Assembly (NCBI RefSeq): GCF_006345805.1 | Contig: NC_043001.1 | Coordinates: 122,946,001-123,010,000, forward strand | Source of the DNA: Octopus sinensis | Lineage: Eukaryota | Direction of reading: 5' to 3' | DNA: 64,000 nucleotides | Translations under genes and position numbers: made by a program | Notes under the pieces: model-generated | The model's database searches: none | Told to the model about the DNA's origin: nothing | The model's input: the letters and a program-made list of their open reading frames with translations, nothing else | Shown here: in pieces, positions 1-13,650 of the stretch | Position numbering within the stretch: the stretch's first letter is position 1 | Layout: each line of letters opens with the position of its first letter

Positions 1-456
1 ACTCTCCATCCGTAAAAACCTAGCAATAAGTCTTCTCCTTTCCTCTCTTACTCCAACAAAGTGTGCGGTACATTAATAATACATGTGATTGGCCTCAGTT
101 TGATCATAGGCATTATCTACCGCTCTCCTGATGCGGCTAACCACGGAGATCAATTCAGGGATGCTTTATCTATCGAGAGTTAAAACCCTAAAATGAGGCC
201 AACCCACAAGCCAATGTACTTTTAACAGGTGACTTTAATTTCCTTATTGTCAGCTGGCCTCATGGCTTTATCCAGCCTGCAACTAAACATGAGAGATATA
301 TGAACGGTCTCACTATCACTAAAGACTTCCTAGTGCAACGAGACATTGCTTCACCAACTAGGAGAAATAACATACTCGACCTAGCCTTTATCACCAATAC
401 AGACTTCATTCATAATGTTCAGGTTATTCCAACAGCTATTTCTCACCATATTATAA

Positions 457-715
457 AAAAAATAATAAATGCGACCTTTTAAAGCCTAGCCAGGCTCGGG
501 GGCCCGATTTCCCGGTTTCAATGGCGTATGTGTTCCCCAGCTGGACGGGACGCCAGTCCATCGCAACGTTACTCATTTTTGCCAGCTGAGTGGACTGGAG
601 CAACGTGAAATGAAGTGTTTTGCTCAAGAACACAACGCATCGCCCGGTCCAGGAATCGAAACCACAATCTTACGATCATGATGCTGACACCCTAACTACT
701 TAGCCACGGGCTTCA
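457..715 (-). mobile_element. tRNA-derived SINE, family C head with 'gatggactggcgtcccgtccag' tail
   Basis: On the minus strand: A/B-box-like head, central tgtgttcttgagcaaaacact motif, A-rich end. Flanked by the near-identical direct repeat cacca(t/c)attata. Confidence 0.8.
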
Positions 716-1035
716 CCACATTATACAATTATCTATGTATGATTCAGAGGACAACACGCACAAACATGATTCACTCCTCATGAATTTGAATTACAGGAAA
801 GTCACGTGGAATGAAATCGAAACTGAAATCTTTAAAAGCAAACTGGTTTCAGAATATTGGCAACTTCAATGGCAACGAGGGAATGAAGTTTTCCTACAAG
901 GATCTAATTAAAATTTGTCGAAAGTATATCCCATACAAACTCACTTATTCCCGCAAGATTTTGATTCTACGAGATAGATGGATACTAATGTATAATAGAA
1001 CCAGACTAACAAACCAGCTAAAAATAAAAATCAAC

Positions 1036-1412
1036 GTAGCTTGCTTACCAACCACATAGTTCCGGGTTCAGTCCCACTGCGTGGCATCTTGGGCAAGTGT
1101 CTTCTGCTATAGCCTCGGGCCGACTAATGCCTTGTGAGTGGATTTGGTAGACGGAAACTGAAAGAAGGCTGTCGTATATATGTATGTATGTGTGTGTACA
1201 TGCTTGTGTGTCTATGTTTGTCCCCCTAGCATTGCTTGACAACCGATGCTGGTGTGTTTACGTCCCCGTCACTTAGCGGTTCGGCAAAAGAGACCGATAG
1301 AATAAGTACTGGGCTTACAAAGAATAAGTCCCGGGGTCAATTTCCTCGACTAAAGGCGGTTCTCCAGCATGGCCGCAGTCAAATGACTGAAACAAGTAAA
1401 AGAGAGAGTAAG
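1036..1412 (+). mobile_element. tRNA-derived SINE, family B, 5'-truncated
   Basis: Matches the full copy at 53633-54050, including the internal (AT/GT)n tract and the cagcatggccgcagtcaaatgactgaaacaagtaaaagag tail. Confidence 0.85.
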
Positions 1413-1896
1413 AGAGATTTGATTGCGAAAAAAAATATTGGACTGGACTTAACGATATCTTATAAGAAAGAAACTTCGCTGAAGGAATACAGACCAGTGC
1501 AGAACAGTCACATTCCAAGTTCTTTTCCCACTCTGCTATACAAAAATCTTCTACAATTAACCAGACTGGCTCTCTAATGGATCATATACTAATGGTTCAT
1601 CACAAATATGCGTACTCTTTAGTCAAAATTACAACGATGCATTTTCCCAATCCATAGTCAACAAAATAATACGTAATCCAAATGAATTCTCGGATCCCTC
1701 AGAATTCAGCTGCAAAGACATGTCTAGAAATTAATGATGTTACGGAATATGATATGCTTGCAGCTATTAATGGCCTAAACTCAAATTCGGCATCTGGACC
1801 AAATGGTTTCCCAGGTATATTGTTATAAACGCGCTGCAAAAACAACCTCGCCAAACCATTAAAGATGCTATTTAAAGGGTCGTTACATAACAGCGC

Positions 1897-2222
1897 GTGA
1901 AGGCACGTGGCTTAGTGGTTAGAGGCATTCGACTCATGATCGTAAGGTCGTGAGTTCAATTCTCGGTGGCGCGTTGTGTCCTTGAGCAAGACACTTTATT
2001 TCACGTTGCTCCAGTCCACTCAGCTGGCAAAAATGAGTAGTACCTGTATTTCAAAGGGTCAGCCTTGTCACACTCTGTGTCACGCTGAATCTTCCCGAGA
2101 ACTACGTTAAGGGTACATGTGTCTGTGGATTGCTCAGCCACTTGCACGTTAATTTCACGAGCAAGCTGTTCCGTTGATCGTGTCAGCTGGGACTCTCGTC
2201 GTCGCAACCGACGGAGTGCTCC
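1897..2222 (+). mobile_element. tRNA-derived SINE, family C head with 'aaccgacggagtg' tail
   Basis: Head resembles 457-715; the 3' ~190 nt match the tail of 30016-30403. Confidence 0.85.
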
Positions 2223-2389
2223 TATACATACCGGCATATTCCCAGAACTACTGAATGACGCAATATTAACAGCTATACACAAAGAAGGCAGTAGAGCTAA
2301 AGCTAAAAATTAGACTTGCTTCTCTCACATCACATGCATCTAAAATTGTTGAACGCATTGTCAGAAAGAGAATAATTACGTACCTGGAG

Positions 2390-3077
2390 CAGTGGCGGCT
2401 CGTAGAAAAATTAGTGGGGGTGCTGTTTCAGAAAATTTTTAGTTGTTTCAATATTGTGTAAAAAGAAAATTTATACATTAACTTGATCGGTTCACATTTT
2501 AGCCACTGCTGGGTAGTGTGTTTAATTTGTTCGCTGAACATCGCCGCGAATTCCCCCTTGTTTTTCAAAAATCCACCACCAAACTAACAAAATAAGGGAG
2601 GGAAATGCACCCTATTTTTCAAATACTGTCAGCAACACTGAAGCTGGAAGCAGGATAATCTAATTCTACACTTTATCACATTCAAGAATGTAAACGCGTT
2701 TTTTTAAGCACAACACACGCGGAATCAAAAGGAAACACTATCTTTCACCGGAACACCAGGGTCGGCACTGTCGTTCACGCAATGCTCTCTCTCCCTAGCG
2801 TGCAGCTTCCTATCTCTGACATGTGAGCATGTGCACAACAGCCAAGCACCGCGGCGCAGGAACTGTGAAGCACGCAGTTCTATACAAGGATTTTTGTATT
2901 TTTTCTTTTCATAAACTGAGGGATGGCTACTGACACTACGCTTAAGAATTTTATAATGTACAAGTATAAAGAAAGAATTAAAGAAAAAAGGACTTATTAT
3001 ATTGAATGTTATCGATGACATCGAATGGAAATAGGGGGTACTGCAGTTTCGCAGTGCTGAAACACGAGCCGCCACTG
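2390..3077. mobile_element. hAT-type non-autonomous DNA transposon (MITE)
   Basis: Perfect 14-bp TIRs cagtggcggctcgt / acgagccgccactg and an exact 8-bp TSD acctggag (2382-2389, 3078-3085). Removing it restores the LINE frame (...ITYLEKNII...). Confidence 0.92.
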
Positions 3078-5849
3078 ACCTGGAGAAAAACATAATCGAT
3101 AATGCAAATGGTTTTCAGAATGGACGAAGTTGCCTGTCACAACTATTACAGCCTCATAACACTATCCTCAGTAATCGCTTGAGAGGCATTAACACTGACT
3201 CTATATATGTCTTCATTTTACTAAAGTGCATGACAAGATTGATCGTGGAATCATCTGTCATAGGCTAAGGGATCTTGGTATCACAGGAAAACTCAGAATG
3301 GCTCTTGGATTTCTTACGAGGTAGGAATCAATCTGTTGCTGCAAGCGGTTTTCTTTTTGCAAAATCACCCGTAGCAAGTGGTTTACCCCAGTGTTCGGTT
3401 CTGGGACCATTATTATTTATTATCACCCTATCAGGTAGAACCTCACAAGTGCACTCGGCCAATCTGCCTGGCTACACCGATGTCACAAAGGTATCGATAG
3501 GTATCCAAACTCCAGAAAAAACTGTCACATTCCATACTGAGCTGAACCTCACTAATCAATGGATAGATAAAAATATGAAATTTAATACATTAAAAACGTT
3601 CGGGTTCTGCATTACGGAAGGAATACAAATCATATTGACACCAGGTAACAATGATTCAGAGCGCAAAAGACATTGCGGAACTTGGGAGTAATAATGGCAA
3701 GTGATGCATCTTTCATCAACTCTATCTCCACACTGACCTCTAAATGCAGGCATCTTTTAGGATGGATCCTACGAACCTTCGTGAAAAAAGAACCGGTAGT
3801 TAAGCTGACTCTATGGAAACCTTTAGTACTGAGCAGATTAGATTACTGTAATTTAATATATTCAGTACTAATCAGAAGGATTACAAAGGATGTTCATCAG
3901 TAAAATAACTTTGGTTAAAAGCCTTAATTCCTGGGAACGTCTGAAAGCTCTGCATCTCTACTTTCTTGAACGCCAAAGAAAAAGATATACGTATGGAAAA
4001 TCCTGGAGGAGCTGTGTTCCAAACTTCGGTATTAGAGAGAATTTTGATGCACAAACTGGTAGATACTGTTAGCTTCCAAATATGCCACCTTCTAAATGAC
4101 GAGCAAAAACACATTATTGAGCCAGTTTGATATTTAGAGGTCCTCAATTGTTCGACTGCCTACCGAAAGAAATCGGGAGTATAAAAGGGACCTCGACTGA
4201 AACATTCAAGAAATCATTAGATAAACTCCTAATTATGATACCAGATAAGCCAACCATTTCAAGGATCCGCTCAGGGAAGAGCAGCTGTTATAAACTTGAT
4301 CATAGACCAAATTCCAACCATAAAGCTACAACAGAACTCGAAGGAAATCAAGGCAGTGTTGCAGCATGGCCGCAGCCCCACGACTGAAAATGCTAAAAGA
4401 ATAAAAGAAAATGTACTTGATGCTATTCAACTTTATCTTGATCGAGTAGACCAATGGCTAGCGGAATTCCAGCTGTGACCATTCCGCCTTTATAAGATAT
4501 ATTTAGTACTATATTATCCTTCCTCCTTTTTTAATGGGAGATGCTGCTAACTTGGACAGTTTAGTCAAGTCTGAAAAAAAAGTCAATATTTATAGCTGGT
4601 TTTATACCTGGCTTATTTTCGTGTCTTTTGTATATTTTAATGATTTTCCACAAAACAGAACAACTGATTATGTGGACTTTTAACGTGTAATAATTTCAAC
4701 TGAGGCTACATACACACACACACACACACACACTTTCGACAAAATAACTGATTCGAACTGTTGTCTACTGTGTATGTTGATAGTCAGTCTCTTGATGTAG
4801 AACAAAAAGTTAGAAACGAACCCCGTAAGCCTTTTTTCTCGTTTTTCAGTCAACTCCTTTAAGAAAAAGAAAAAGCCGAATATAATTTTCTACTTGCTTT
4901 CAAAAAAAAAAAAATGTAGGTGCGTCGCTTTTATAATTTTTTTTAACTGCTTAAGAGGACTACATTGACCCCATTCATCTTTTTATTTCTACGATTCAGT
5001 AAGCAATGTGTTAGGTTAGTCACCTCCTACTGGGGAAAAATAAAAGTTGATATTTCACCGAGGCAAATGTTTGGTCATACTGTCTTTCACCTGATAACAC
5101 ATCATTTTTGCTGACAATTCAATGTTAAAACTTTGTCCAGCGTTGATTATATTGTTCTAATTGAAAATCTACCCACAAATGATATAATACTAATAATCAT
5201 TTACAGCGCTTTTAGTCATAATGCATGTGTATTATAGGATGTGAGTGCCGTAAGAAATTTAGAAGGAAAAAAAAAGGCAATTTTAACAAAAAGACATGTA
5301 GTTCAAACATCATTTATCATTCTTCATATCAAATTCCCTCGACATGCTTGATAACCTCTCGTTTTCTAAGCTAGCTAGGCTTTAGAATAGATTACAAGCA
5401 AAGTGGGTTGCCTCTATTTTTTTTTTCTTTGTAATGAAGTTAAGGACGTTGTATTTGTTCAAAAGAAATTTTCCTTTTCTGAAGATCTATTTCTATAGTC
5501 TATAACCTCTATCACTCTCAACTTGATTGCTATTTTACTGGAAGTTTTACGGGGTTTAAATTTTAGTGCACGTGTTCTCTTGATTAGATTTTCTGCATTT
5601 TATTATTTTATTATTTTACTAGTTTTAAGTCATTAGGCAACTGCCAAGCTGGCAACCTGCCCCCTAAAACTTTCGATTATATTGACCCAGTATTTTGTCT
5701 GGTACTCTTGGGGAAACAAAAGGGCAGTCAAATTTTGCGTAAATGATGTATATACACTTGGGACTAAATATCAAAAGGCATATTTGTTCGACACACCGAT
5801 CATGTTCAGCCATTCCATATAGTCACAGTCGCCAATCTTTTAGAATTGA

Positions 5850-6682
5850 GAGGGATTGTCCTCTAGATTTAACTTTTCTGGGTTCACGTGTGGCAACGTA
5901 AGTCTTTTCGAGGGTCACGAGTCGAATCACAGACTAGGCATTTTCTTGCCCCGCGGAAAAAGAGGTGCTTGTTCAGTTGGTCTCTTTGCGCTGCTTTCTG
6001 CATTCATATTTGTCATCGAAATTTTCAATTCATGTTCTGTTGAGGTGTAAGGTTCCGTCATGAATGATCTGTCTCAACAGGTACCGAACATTCCCCAACC
6101 AATTACACTCGTACACTTTAAACTGATTTTGTATTTTCTCGTATTCTTTATTCAGCAGGGAGGAAAAAAACGTTGTTTGGACAACCGATGGTCTGCTATT
6201 CGTTCGATATGGCCAGCCCATCGAAACTGATATCGTGTAATTACGATTTTAATGCCGAAGATATTAGCTTGCCAGTAGATATCAACATCCCTCTCTCTTC
6301 TACCATTGGCTGTACATGATTTTCTTTATTCATCCCCGGTGGTAAATTTTAAGCTTATGGTGATATCGCCTATAACGTAACCATTTTCAACCAAATATTT
6401 CTGAAATCTGGTTCACAGCGTTCTTTTTTTTTCCATCTCGGGTCATGATCTTCTCATGCCTATCTCCTCAAGAGTAAAAGTTATTCTGGCACGTCTTACC
6501 CATTGTTACGTCTACTTATCCGAATAGACGACTCTCCGCATTGTGGAAGTGTTATAGTTTTTCCACCATCTGTCTACATGTCCCAGTGACTAAAATAGGG
6601 CCCTTCTAGCTGACTTGTCGAAGCAAGGCCTTTCTTTTATTGGTAGTTAGAATCATTACGTGTTTAGAAGGCAAAGTTACAC

Positions 6683-6720
<38 letters not shown>

Positions 6721-8660
6721 TGTCTAGTGTCCTTCTGTGATCCTGACACTTTAACCGCTGAGCTATCCGCCTTCACCTGACAGATAACAGATTGAAAGTT
6801 AAATGAGTGTCAGATGGTGCGGTGAATCGGTTGAGCAGAATTCTAGTGAAATTTTTCAGCCAGTTAACAAAAGCTTCCTCTGCATTCTTATCAGTCTCCT
6901 TTCTGAAAGACGGTAATAATGGTTTGTTCCTTCTCGAGCCACGCCTGGCTCATCAGGGCCGGTTTCCCGGTTTCCTTGGTGTATAGGTTCCCCACGCTGG
7001 TCCGTCGCACGTGAGCTGCTAGATGCAGGAGGAAAGAGTGAGAGAAAGTTGTGGCGAAAGAGTCAGCATAAGTTCGCCATTACCTTCTGCTGGAGCCGCG
7101 TGGAGTTTAGGTGTTTCGCTCATAAACACACACATCGTCCAGTCTGAGATTCGAACCCGCGATCCCTCGACCGTGAGTCCGCTGCTCTAACCACTAGGCC
7201 ATGTGCCTCCATGTAATAATGGTTTGCATGTCTGAGATTATCTGCTATTTCTTTTTGCATCTATGTCAGCAGAAACTCTGAATGAAATTGTCTTAATACT
7301 TCATCCTCATGTTTATATAACTTATACCACGTTGGAGACGAGTATCTCTTATTTTAGGGAACCGCGATGTAATGTAGCCAAGCTGTATATACATCATAAG
7401 CCTTTGCGGAATCCTGAGATCTTTCGCTCCCTGAGATCACAGTTACAGTTGAGTAAATCTGGTTTTCTTTTAATCGATTGTTGAGTGCTGTATGTACCCT
7501 TTGCTGTTTCTTTAGATCTAAAGATTGTTGGACATGTACTACGACCATAGATTAGCGCACAGAAGATACTTCCTACACATGCATATCGGAGAATGTCCGG
7601 ATTTCAAATGTGTTAGCCGGTCATCAATTGTTCGTTATTGCATGTGTTTTGACTTCAACCTTTGGTTGCTAGCAAGCGTCCTTTCTACGCTCTTTATTAT
7701 AGTCCTTTTGTTTAGCATGAAAAGACGCTCTTTTTCAGTTCATCAGCTGCTTCATTTAGATGTTGTCCTTGGCAAGAAAATACCAAGTTTAGCTACACAT
7801 GCACTAAGAGTTTCTGACAAACTGTAGAGGTGTCGTCTTTCAGAGTGCACCGTGTGTTTTCAACGAGGTCACAATATTTCAGATTGACAAATAATAGTTT
7901 GTAGTGTAGTGGTTCTGCCTTTGCTGGATCTAAAACAGAATCATTGTTGATTTTCTGCTGGCATCCTCTCTGCTGTCAACGTCGTTTTAGAATAAATTAA
8001 ATCACCATTTTATATCGTATTAGGCAATTGTTTCTCGAAGTGTCGGGCATGTTAAGTGTACATCCTTGGAATCGTAGCCCGTACTAAAATATAATCATAT
8101 TTCAGTGCTTTGTTCAGTGCTAAATTTCGAGTTAGTCTTGGATGCTTTTATATATTTCTTTTTCTTTAATTTCGCTAATTCAGACGTTCGAACCATTACC
8201 GACTTCGGTATTGAGGTCGCCCAACAAAATTATTTTTCAAATATCTTCTGAATAGTATGCATTCTAAGTGGAAAATATGTCTTCAACTTCCGTGTCTGCT
8301 TCATGTGCGTATTTACTGAGGACTTAACTACCAAGCTTTAAGCAGTGAGCCAGCAGTCTTTCTTTGAAAGCATCAAAAAAATTACGTAAACTGTTGACTA
8401 GAGCATTGCAATTTACATTTGATTTCCTTGTATACGTCATTCTTCTGATATTTTCCTTTCCAGTTGAAGGTTTATCAGCTACCATGTTTCTTCAGTTGTA
8501 CCTCATTCATTAGCTTCCACTCACTAAGGGCCGCAATATCGATATTGAAGCGAACTGGTTCTCTAGAGACGAATGTTCAACTACGCTCCCGTTGTGGAAT
8601 CCTAACTCCTTCCCAATTTACAGCGAATAGAGTGGACCTAGCAGTAATTGTTAATGACTC
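5850..8660 (-). mobile_element. Degenerate RTE (BovB-like) LINE
   Basis: Minus-strand motifs RFNIDIAALSE (~8530-8565), IILLGDLNTEVG (~8200-8240) and the C-terminal YQFRWAGHIERIADHRLSKQ (~6175-6235); many stops and frameshifts. Confidence 0.8.
6927..7212 (-). mobile_element. tRNA-derived SINE, family R (possibly the described octopus OR type)
   Basis: Near-identical to 27346-27650; 14-bp TSD gtaataatggtttg (6913-6926, 7213-7226). Confidence 0.9.
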
Positions 8661-9599
8661 TCAGAGAATGGGAAATTAATTCCAGGAACTTAAGAATTTT
8701 CGCAACGATATTGAGTGGCTTGATGGAAAGGAAAGAGATTTGGTATTTGTTAGCAGATAGAAGTATTTCGATATTCTTGAACTTCGTTAGCAAAGCAAAC
8801 TCAAACCTGCCTGATCAAAAAACAAAGATATTTATAAATAAAGTAAAAAAAAACACATTCCCTGTGGCTATTTACCTAATTAATAGAAAATATGAGCTCA
8901 GAGGAAATAACTCAAGTAGGTCAATGGCATGAAATTAGACAAACCAGATAGATGTAATGAACGAATACATACAAATATTCAATTTAAATTGATCTCTATC
9001 GGTAATAAAATGATTTTAAAATATTTAGTTTTAGCTTTCACACAGAACCTCAAAGCCTTTGAGGAAAGGAGATACTGAGTTGAATAAATTTCAGCAGAGT
9101 GTGAACTGACAGATATTTTAGTCCGGCGCTCTTCTACTTTTGTTAATCCTGTGATTTTTAAGCGTAGAAACTACTAGCAAGTGTTTTGGGTCCCCCTACT
9201 TTATTGTAAAGGTGTGAAATGTAGTACCTGATTTGAGAGGGGTCTTCTTAAGCCTGTATGCATGTTTCTACATATATTTGTTAAATTTTTATACTGATCA
9301 CCTATTTGTTGTTTATCTCCACCATTCAAAAGCTATTTCATTCAGACTTTAATATCTATAGTTTCAGCTGTGTAATAAGCCAATTTTGAAGCTTGGGGCC
9401 AAAAAGAAAGGTTGAAGCACAGTTAATAACGGCTTTGGTGTAGAGTTTTATTTATTAGTGCTAATAACTTAATCTACTTAGGTTAACGAAGGAAATAAAA
9501 AAAAACTATTAAAGAATGTTATTCATGCATTGAAAGTCTTGAAGAGTACTACTTTTTCAACATTGAGCTTAAAGTATTTTGCTGAAATTTGCACAATAA

Positions 9600-10250
9600 G
9601 CATTTTTGGAGAGTGAGGGATAAAACACATTTCTGTACATATATTCAGTTATTTCTTGTCCATTATTATTTATCTGGTGCTTTATTCACAGCTGGTCTGT
9701 TTTTGACCTTTTTGACAATTATTTTAGACAATCATTTGTAATGATTTTTAGAAGCTAGGTGAGAGCTTATCAACTAATAAAGATTTGACAATAACATACC
9801 ACCTAATACATGATTTATTTCTCAGGAAAGCTAAGCTTTCTTTTGAAATAACAGTTATGTCTCGTATATCAAAAATCTGGATTCACTGAAGCTGAATTGA
9901 ATTTCGATTATGTCGAAATCGTGAAAGTTCGGTTGTCTGGCTTGTATACACCCACTGGAGTCTATAACCTTGAACTCTTGATGTAATATGTGCACTTTAC
10001 GACTATACTGGATTGTGACTGGAATTTGAATTTATCCACCGACATGAATCAAATCAGAAAATATATATCAAGTTGGACAGGATGTGCTGTGTCGCACCGC
10101 CTTTCATTCCTTTTAGTATTTGAGGGTTAAGCAATGACGTATTTGTCATTTGTTGTACGCAAGCACGAGTGAGCAATAAAATGATTCCAGGAGAATAACT
10201 GAATGAAGAAAATCACAGGATTCAAACTTTTCTTTATATTGAATCTTGAC
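9600..10250 (+). mobile_element. Possible highly decayed L1/Tx1-like RT remnant
   Basis: Frameshifted VGQGCAVSHRLSFLLVFE (~10070-10130) resembles GVRQGCPLSPLLF; little other support. Confidence 0.3.
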
Positions 10251-11183
10251 TCTAACTTCTTCTGGTTTTGAACGTTCTTTTTCGTAACATTGTGACTGTT
10301 ACTTTGAACTGAATTCCGTTAACATTACGAGTCATGGCTGACAATAATAATACCGGATTCTCTGAAGTTCAAGCAGTGACTCACTCCAATTGTACTCGTA
10401 CTAGATTTTTCGCGGGTCTTTTGAATTTACGATGAGATCCCAATAAATAAGTTTCTTAATGTATAATGAGTGACTTACAAAAGATTTTAGGGTTAAATGG
10501 GTAGATCTACAGAGTAATAACCTAAAGTAGTACAATAGATGTGGATCATTTATCACTGTAGTTTGCAGAGTGTTTTAACATATATATATATAAGTTCTAT
10601 CCGCCCACAGGTGCAAAATACTTGAACTTCCTTTTGTCACTAGGTTCACAAATTCACAAAGGATTAACAAAACACCATAGCCATCCATCATGTTTCCTCA
10701 ACACCCAGTTCATGAATGGTGATGGTGATTATCCTAAACAGCTCTAATCTGGGTTTGACAAAATATGCTCTATTTGTGGCGGCAGGTTTCTAGGTTGATG
10801 TGTGTGTTTGTGGTGCGCAAGTGATAAAAGATAGTGATAACAGCATTCCATTTTCTCTCAAATTCAACCCACATCTTCGTGATAATTACACTTGCTTGAA
10901 GTGTACTGCAAAGCAACCTACATTACCCATTCATTCACTTAGCCACTTTCTTACTCTCTATCCACCTCGCTAGCTTTCGTCTCGTTCTCTATTGCTCTCG
11001 TCCCTTCTGTCTCTCTCTCCTTCTCTTTCACACAAGCACACAGGTTTATGTATTTTAATGTTACAGCCTTTTTCTCGTGTATCTGGTGAATGAGAAATTT
11101 TGATGTTGTTACTGTCATCTGTTTCTTCCAATGCCTTGCACAGATTTTACCAGTGTATTTTGAATATATTATTTAGTCCTTTA

Positions 11184-11417
11184 AGGGCGGCGAGCTGGCA
11201 GAATCGTTAGCACGCCGGGCGAAATGCTTAGCGGGATTTCGTCTGCCGTTACGTTCTGAGTTCAAATTCCGCCGAGGTCGACTTTGCCTTTCATCCTTTC
11301 GGGGTCGATTAAATAAATACCAGTTACGCACTGGGGTCAATGTAATCGACTTAATCCGTTTGTCTGTCCTTGTTTGTCCCTTCTATGTTGAGCTCCCTGT
11401 GGGCAATACAGAAATAA
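11184..11417 (+). mobile_element. SINE family A monomer (ggcggcgagctggcagaa...)
   Basis: A-box-like tggcagaatcgttag and B-box-like gttcaaattcc; 16-bp TSD attatttagtccttta (11168-11183, 11418-11433). Confidence 0.92.
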
Positions 11418-12511
11418 ATTATTTAGTCCTTTACGCTTACTAAGGAATTGGTGTCCTTTGAACCACATGTTATTACAAGATCTTGTAACCATGGATAAAG
11501 AGAGACTGGAATGTATGCATGACGCTCAGTTCGGCATAAGAATTATGAATAATTACATATGATATCGCGATCTTCCATAGCATTTTGTATCCATAATGCT
11601 CTGTGGTAGACGGTTCATACTGGTAAATATGTAATTTCCCTACATTGATTTTCATGCATTTTTCATAAGTATACGTATGTGTGTGTTTGAAAGATTATTT
11701 TTTAATAGCTTAGATTCATGAAGGTTCCTAAGACTGGTTGACTATAAGGAGGTTATACAGGAAATATGAATCGTCTTCATGTAGCCGCCTCTCTTTCACT
11801 GACTAAAAGTAGTAAGGCATTATGACACGCGTAGCAACTTTTTATCGGAAAAAGTTATACTTTTGTTAAAATAAAACGAAAACATTATTTAAAGAATTAC
11901 CGGTCAGAATCGTTAGCACGCCGAATGGAATACCTCGTGGTATTCCGTCTGCCACTAAGTTCTGAGTTTAGACTCTGCTGAGGTCAACTTTTGCTCACAT
12001 TGATATATTTTGTAACTGCTTTCATCGAACGAAGGGTGTGGAATAATTTTCACCTACCTTTTCTTTTTTATTACTTAATTCTTCACTAAGAAATTTGTAT
12101 ATAAATCCAGCAAAACTAGGGATAAATTTATACCTATCAATAAATAAAACCAAGATTTTATCTGAGACCGTTTGAAAAAATAAATAGTTTCAGTAACATT
12201 CAAAAAGCTTCCACATACCCATGTGAATAACCTAGTTGTTGTTTTATGGTGCTAATAGGATGAGATTAAATCATTGTATATATCGGAAGAAAATGTGCTA
12301 CATGTTGGTTTCTCACAGGAGTTTTCTACACTGTGTAATGCCCATACCCACATTGCTTTTCATCCTTCCAACCTCGATAAAGCTCTGAGGTGTCTTTACA
12401 ATCGACGATACTCCAAAATGTGGCACTCCATCATGCCCACAGTTTGATTACTGAAGTCTATATGAATATTTTTAATCTGAAATATTTACTGGAATATATA
12501 TTTAATCAGGG

Positions 12512-12742
12512 AAGGCGGCGAGCTGGCAGAAACGTTAGCGCGCCGAGCGAAATGCTTAGTGGTATTTCGTCTGTCGTTACGTTCTGAGTTCAAATTCTGC
12601 CGAGGTCGACTTCGCCTTTCATCCTTTCGGGGTCGATTAAATAAGTACCAGTTTCGTACTGGGGTCGATGTAATCGACTTAATCCCTTTGTCTGTTCTTA
12701 TTTGTCCCCTCTATGTTTAGCCCCTTGTGGGTAGTAAAGAAA
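12512..12742 (+). mobile_element. SINE family A monomer
   Basis: Full-length match to 11184-11417; flanked by atatatatttaa(t/c)cag. Confidence 0.9.
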
Positions 12743-12749
12743 TATATAT

Positions 12750-13650
12750 ATTTAACCAGCAACTTCTTTGAAATGGTTCTCTTCTTTGTTTTTACTTTTG
12801 CCCTCATTCCGCGAATTGCACGCTTACCACCTGTTCTAATCACTGGCAATACTAATCCATGAGAAGATCGTGAAGATAGTCTTCCGGCATCTCCTCCATC
12901 GGGTCCTATTAAAAACAATCGTCATTACAATTTCCAGCTGGATTCCTAAGCGTAACGAACCGATACTACGGATATTATCCATCCATCTTGTTCTTAGTTT
13001 ACTCCTCGATCTCCTGCCGGTTGGTTTGGTTGGTTTGAATAATCCGTCATGTGATTATTTCTTGCATCATTCTAATCGCATGTCTGTAGTACCAGAGCCG
13101 TGACCTCTCAATACGAAGCAGCGGTTCTACATGAAGAGATTCTCTGATTACCAAGCTACGCGCCCTATCGAGTTACATTACTTGAGAGATCCTCTGGAGG
13201 AACCTCATTTCACAATCATATTCTTTCGGTCATTACCTAACATTAAATTGTTACTGAAGACTAAATAGAAGCCAGTAAATTTTTCAAAAAGAAATTTCCG
13301 AGGCCCGCAGTGAATACTTCAATGGCTCACCTATTGCCGACTCCCGTCCTAAATTCTTAACAGTTGGTGATATTCTGTAAGAAATTTGAGTAGGTTACAT
13401 GGTATCTTACTTATCTTTCTGACAAATTTTCCAACTTGGCCTGACAGATTGGGAATTTAGGTTGTCTTACTTTTTTCCGCACCCTCCTCTAAATCCATCT
13501 GTCATTGTTGTAAAGATAAATACTTTTTGTATAATTGGAACAATGTCAATGGTCACCGTTAAGGACAATATAGTGAACAGGAACGAACTTTTTTTTTTAA
13601 TGAATTCAACACCCTCCCCATGCCAGCTCCCTATTCGCACATATTTTTCC
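12750..13650 (-). mobile_element. Decayed RTE-type LINE 3' region
   Basis: Minus strand encodes KPTGRRSRSKLRTRWMDNI (~12970-13030), resembling the RTE C-terminal G.R.RGRP..RW.D motif. Confidence 0.5.

Larger units (their letters stand above)
1..4290 (+). mobile_element. Degenerate CR1-group LINE (APE endonuclease + RT), interrupted by three SINEs and a hAT MITE
   Basis: Broken-frame motifs: IIYRSPD and TGDFNFP (~110-245), SPTRRNNILDLAF (ORF 300-482), GFQNGRSCLSQL (~3110-3145), GLPQCSVLGPLLFI (~3380-3420), LGWILRTF and RLDYC (ORF 3673-3903). Confidence 0.85.
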
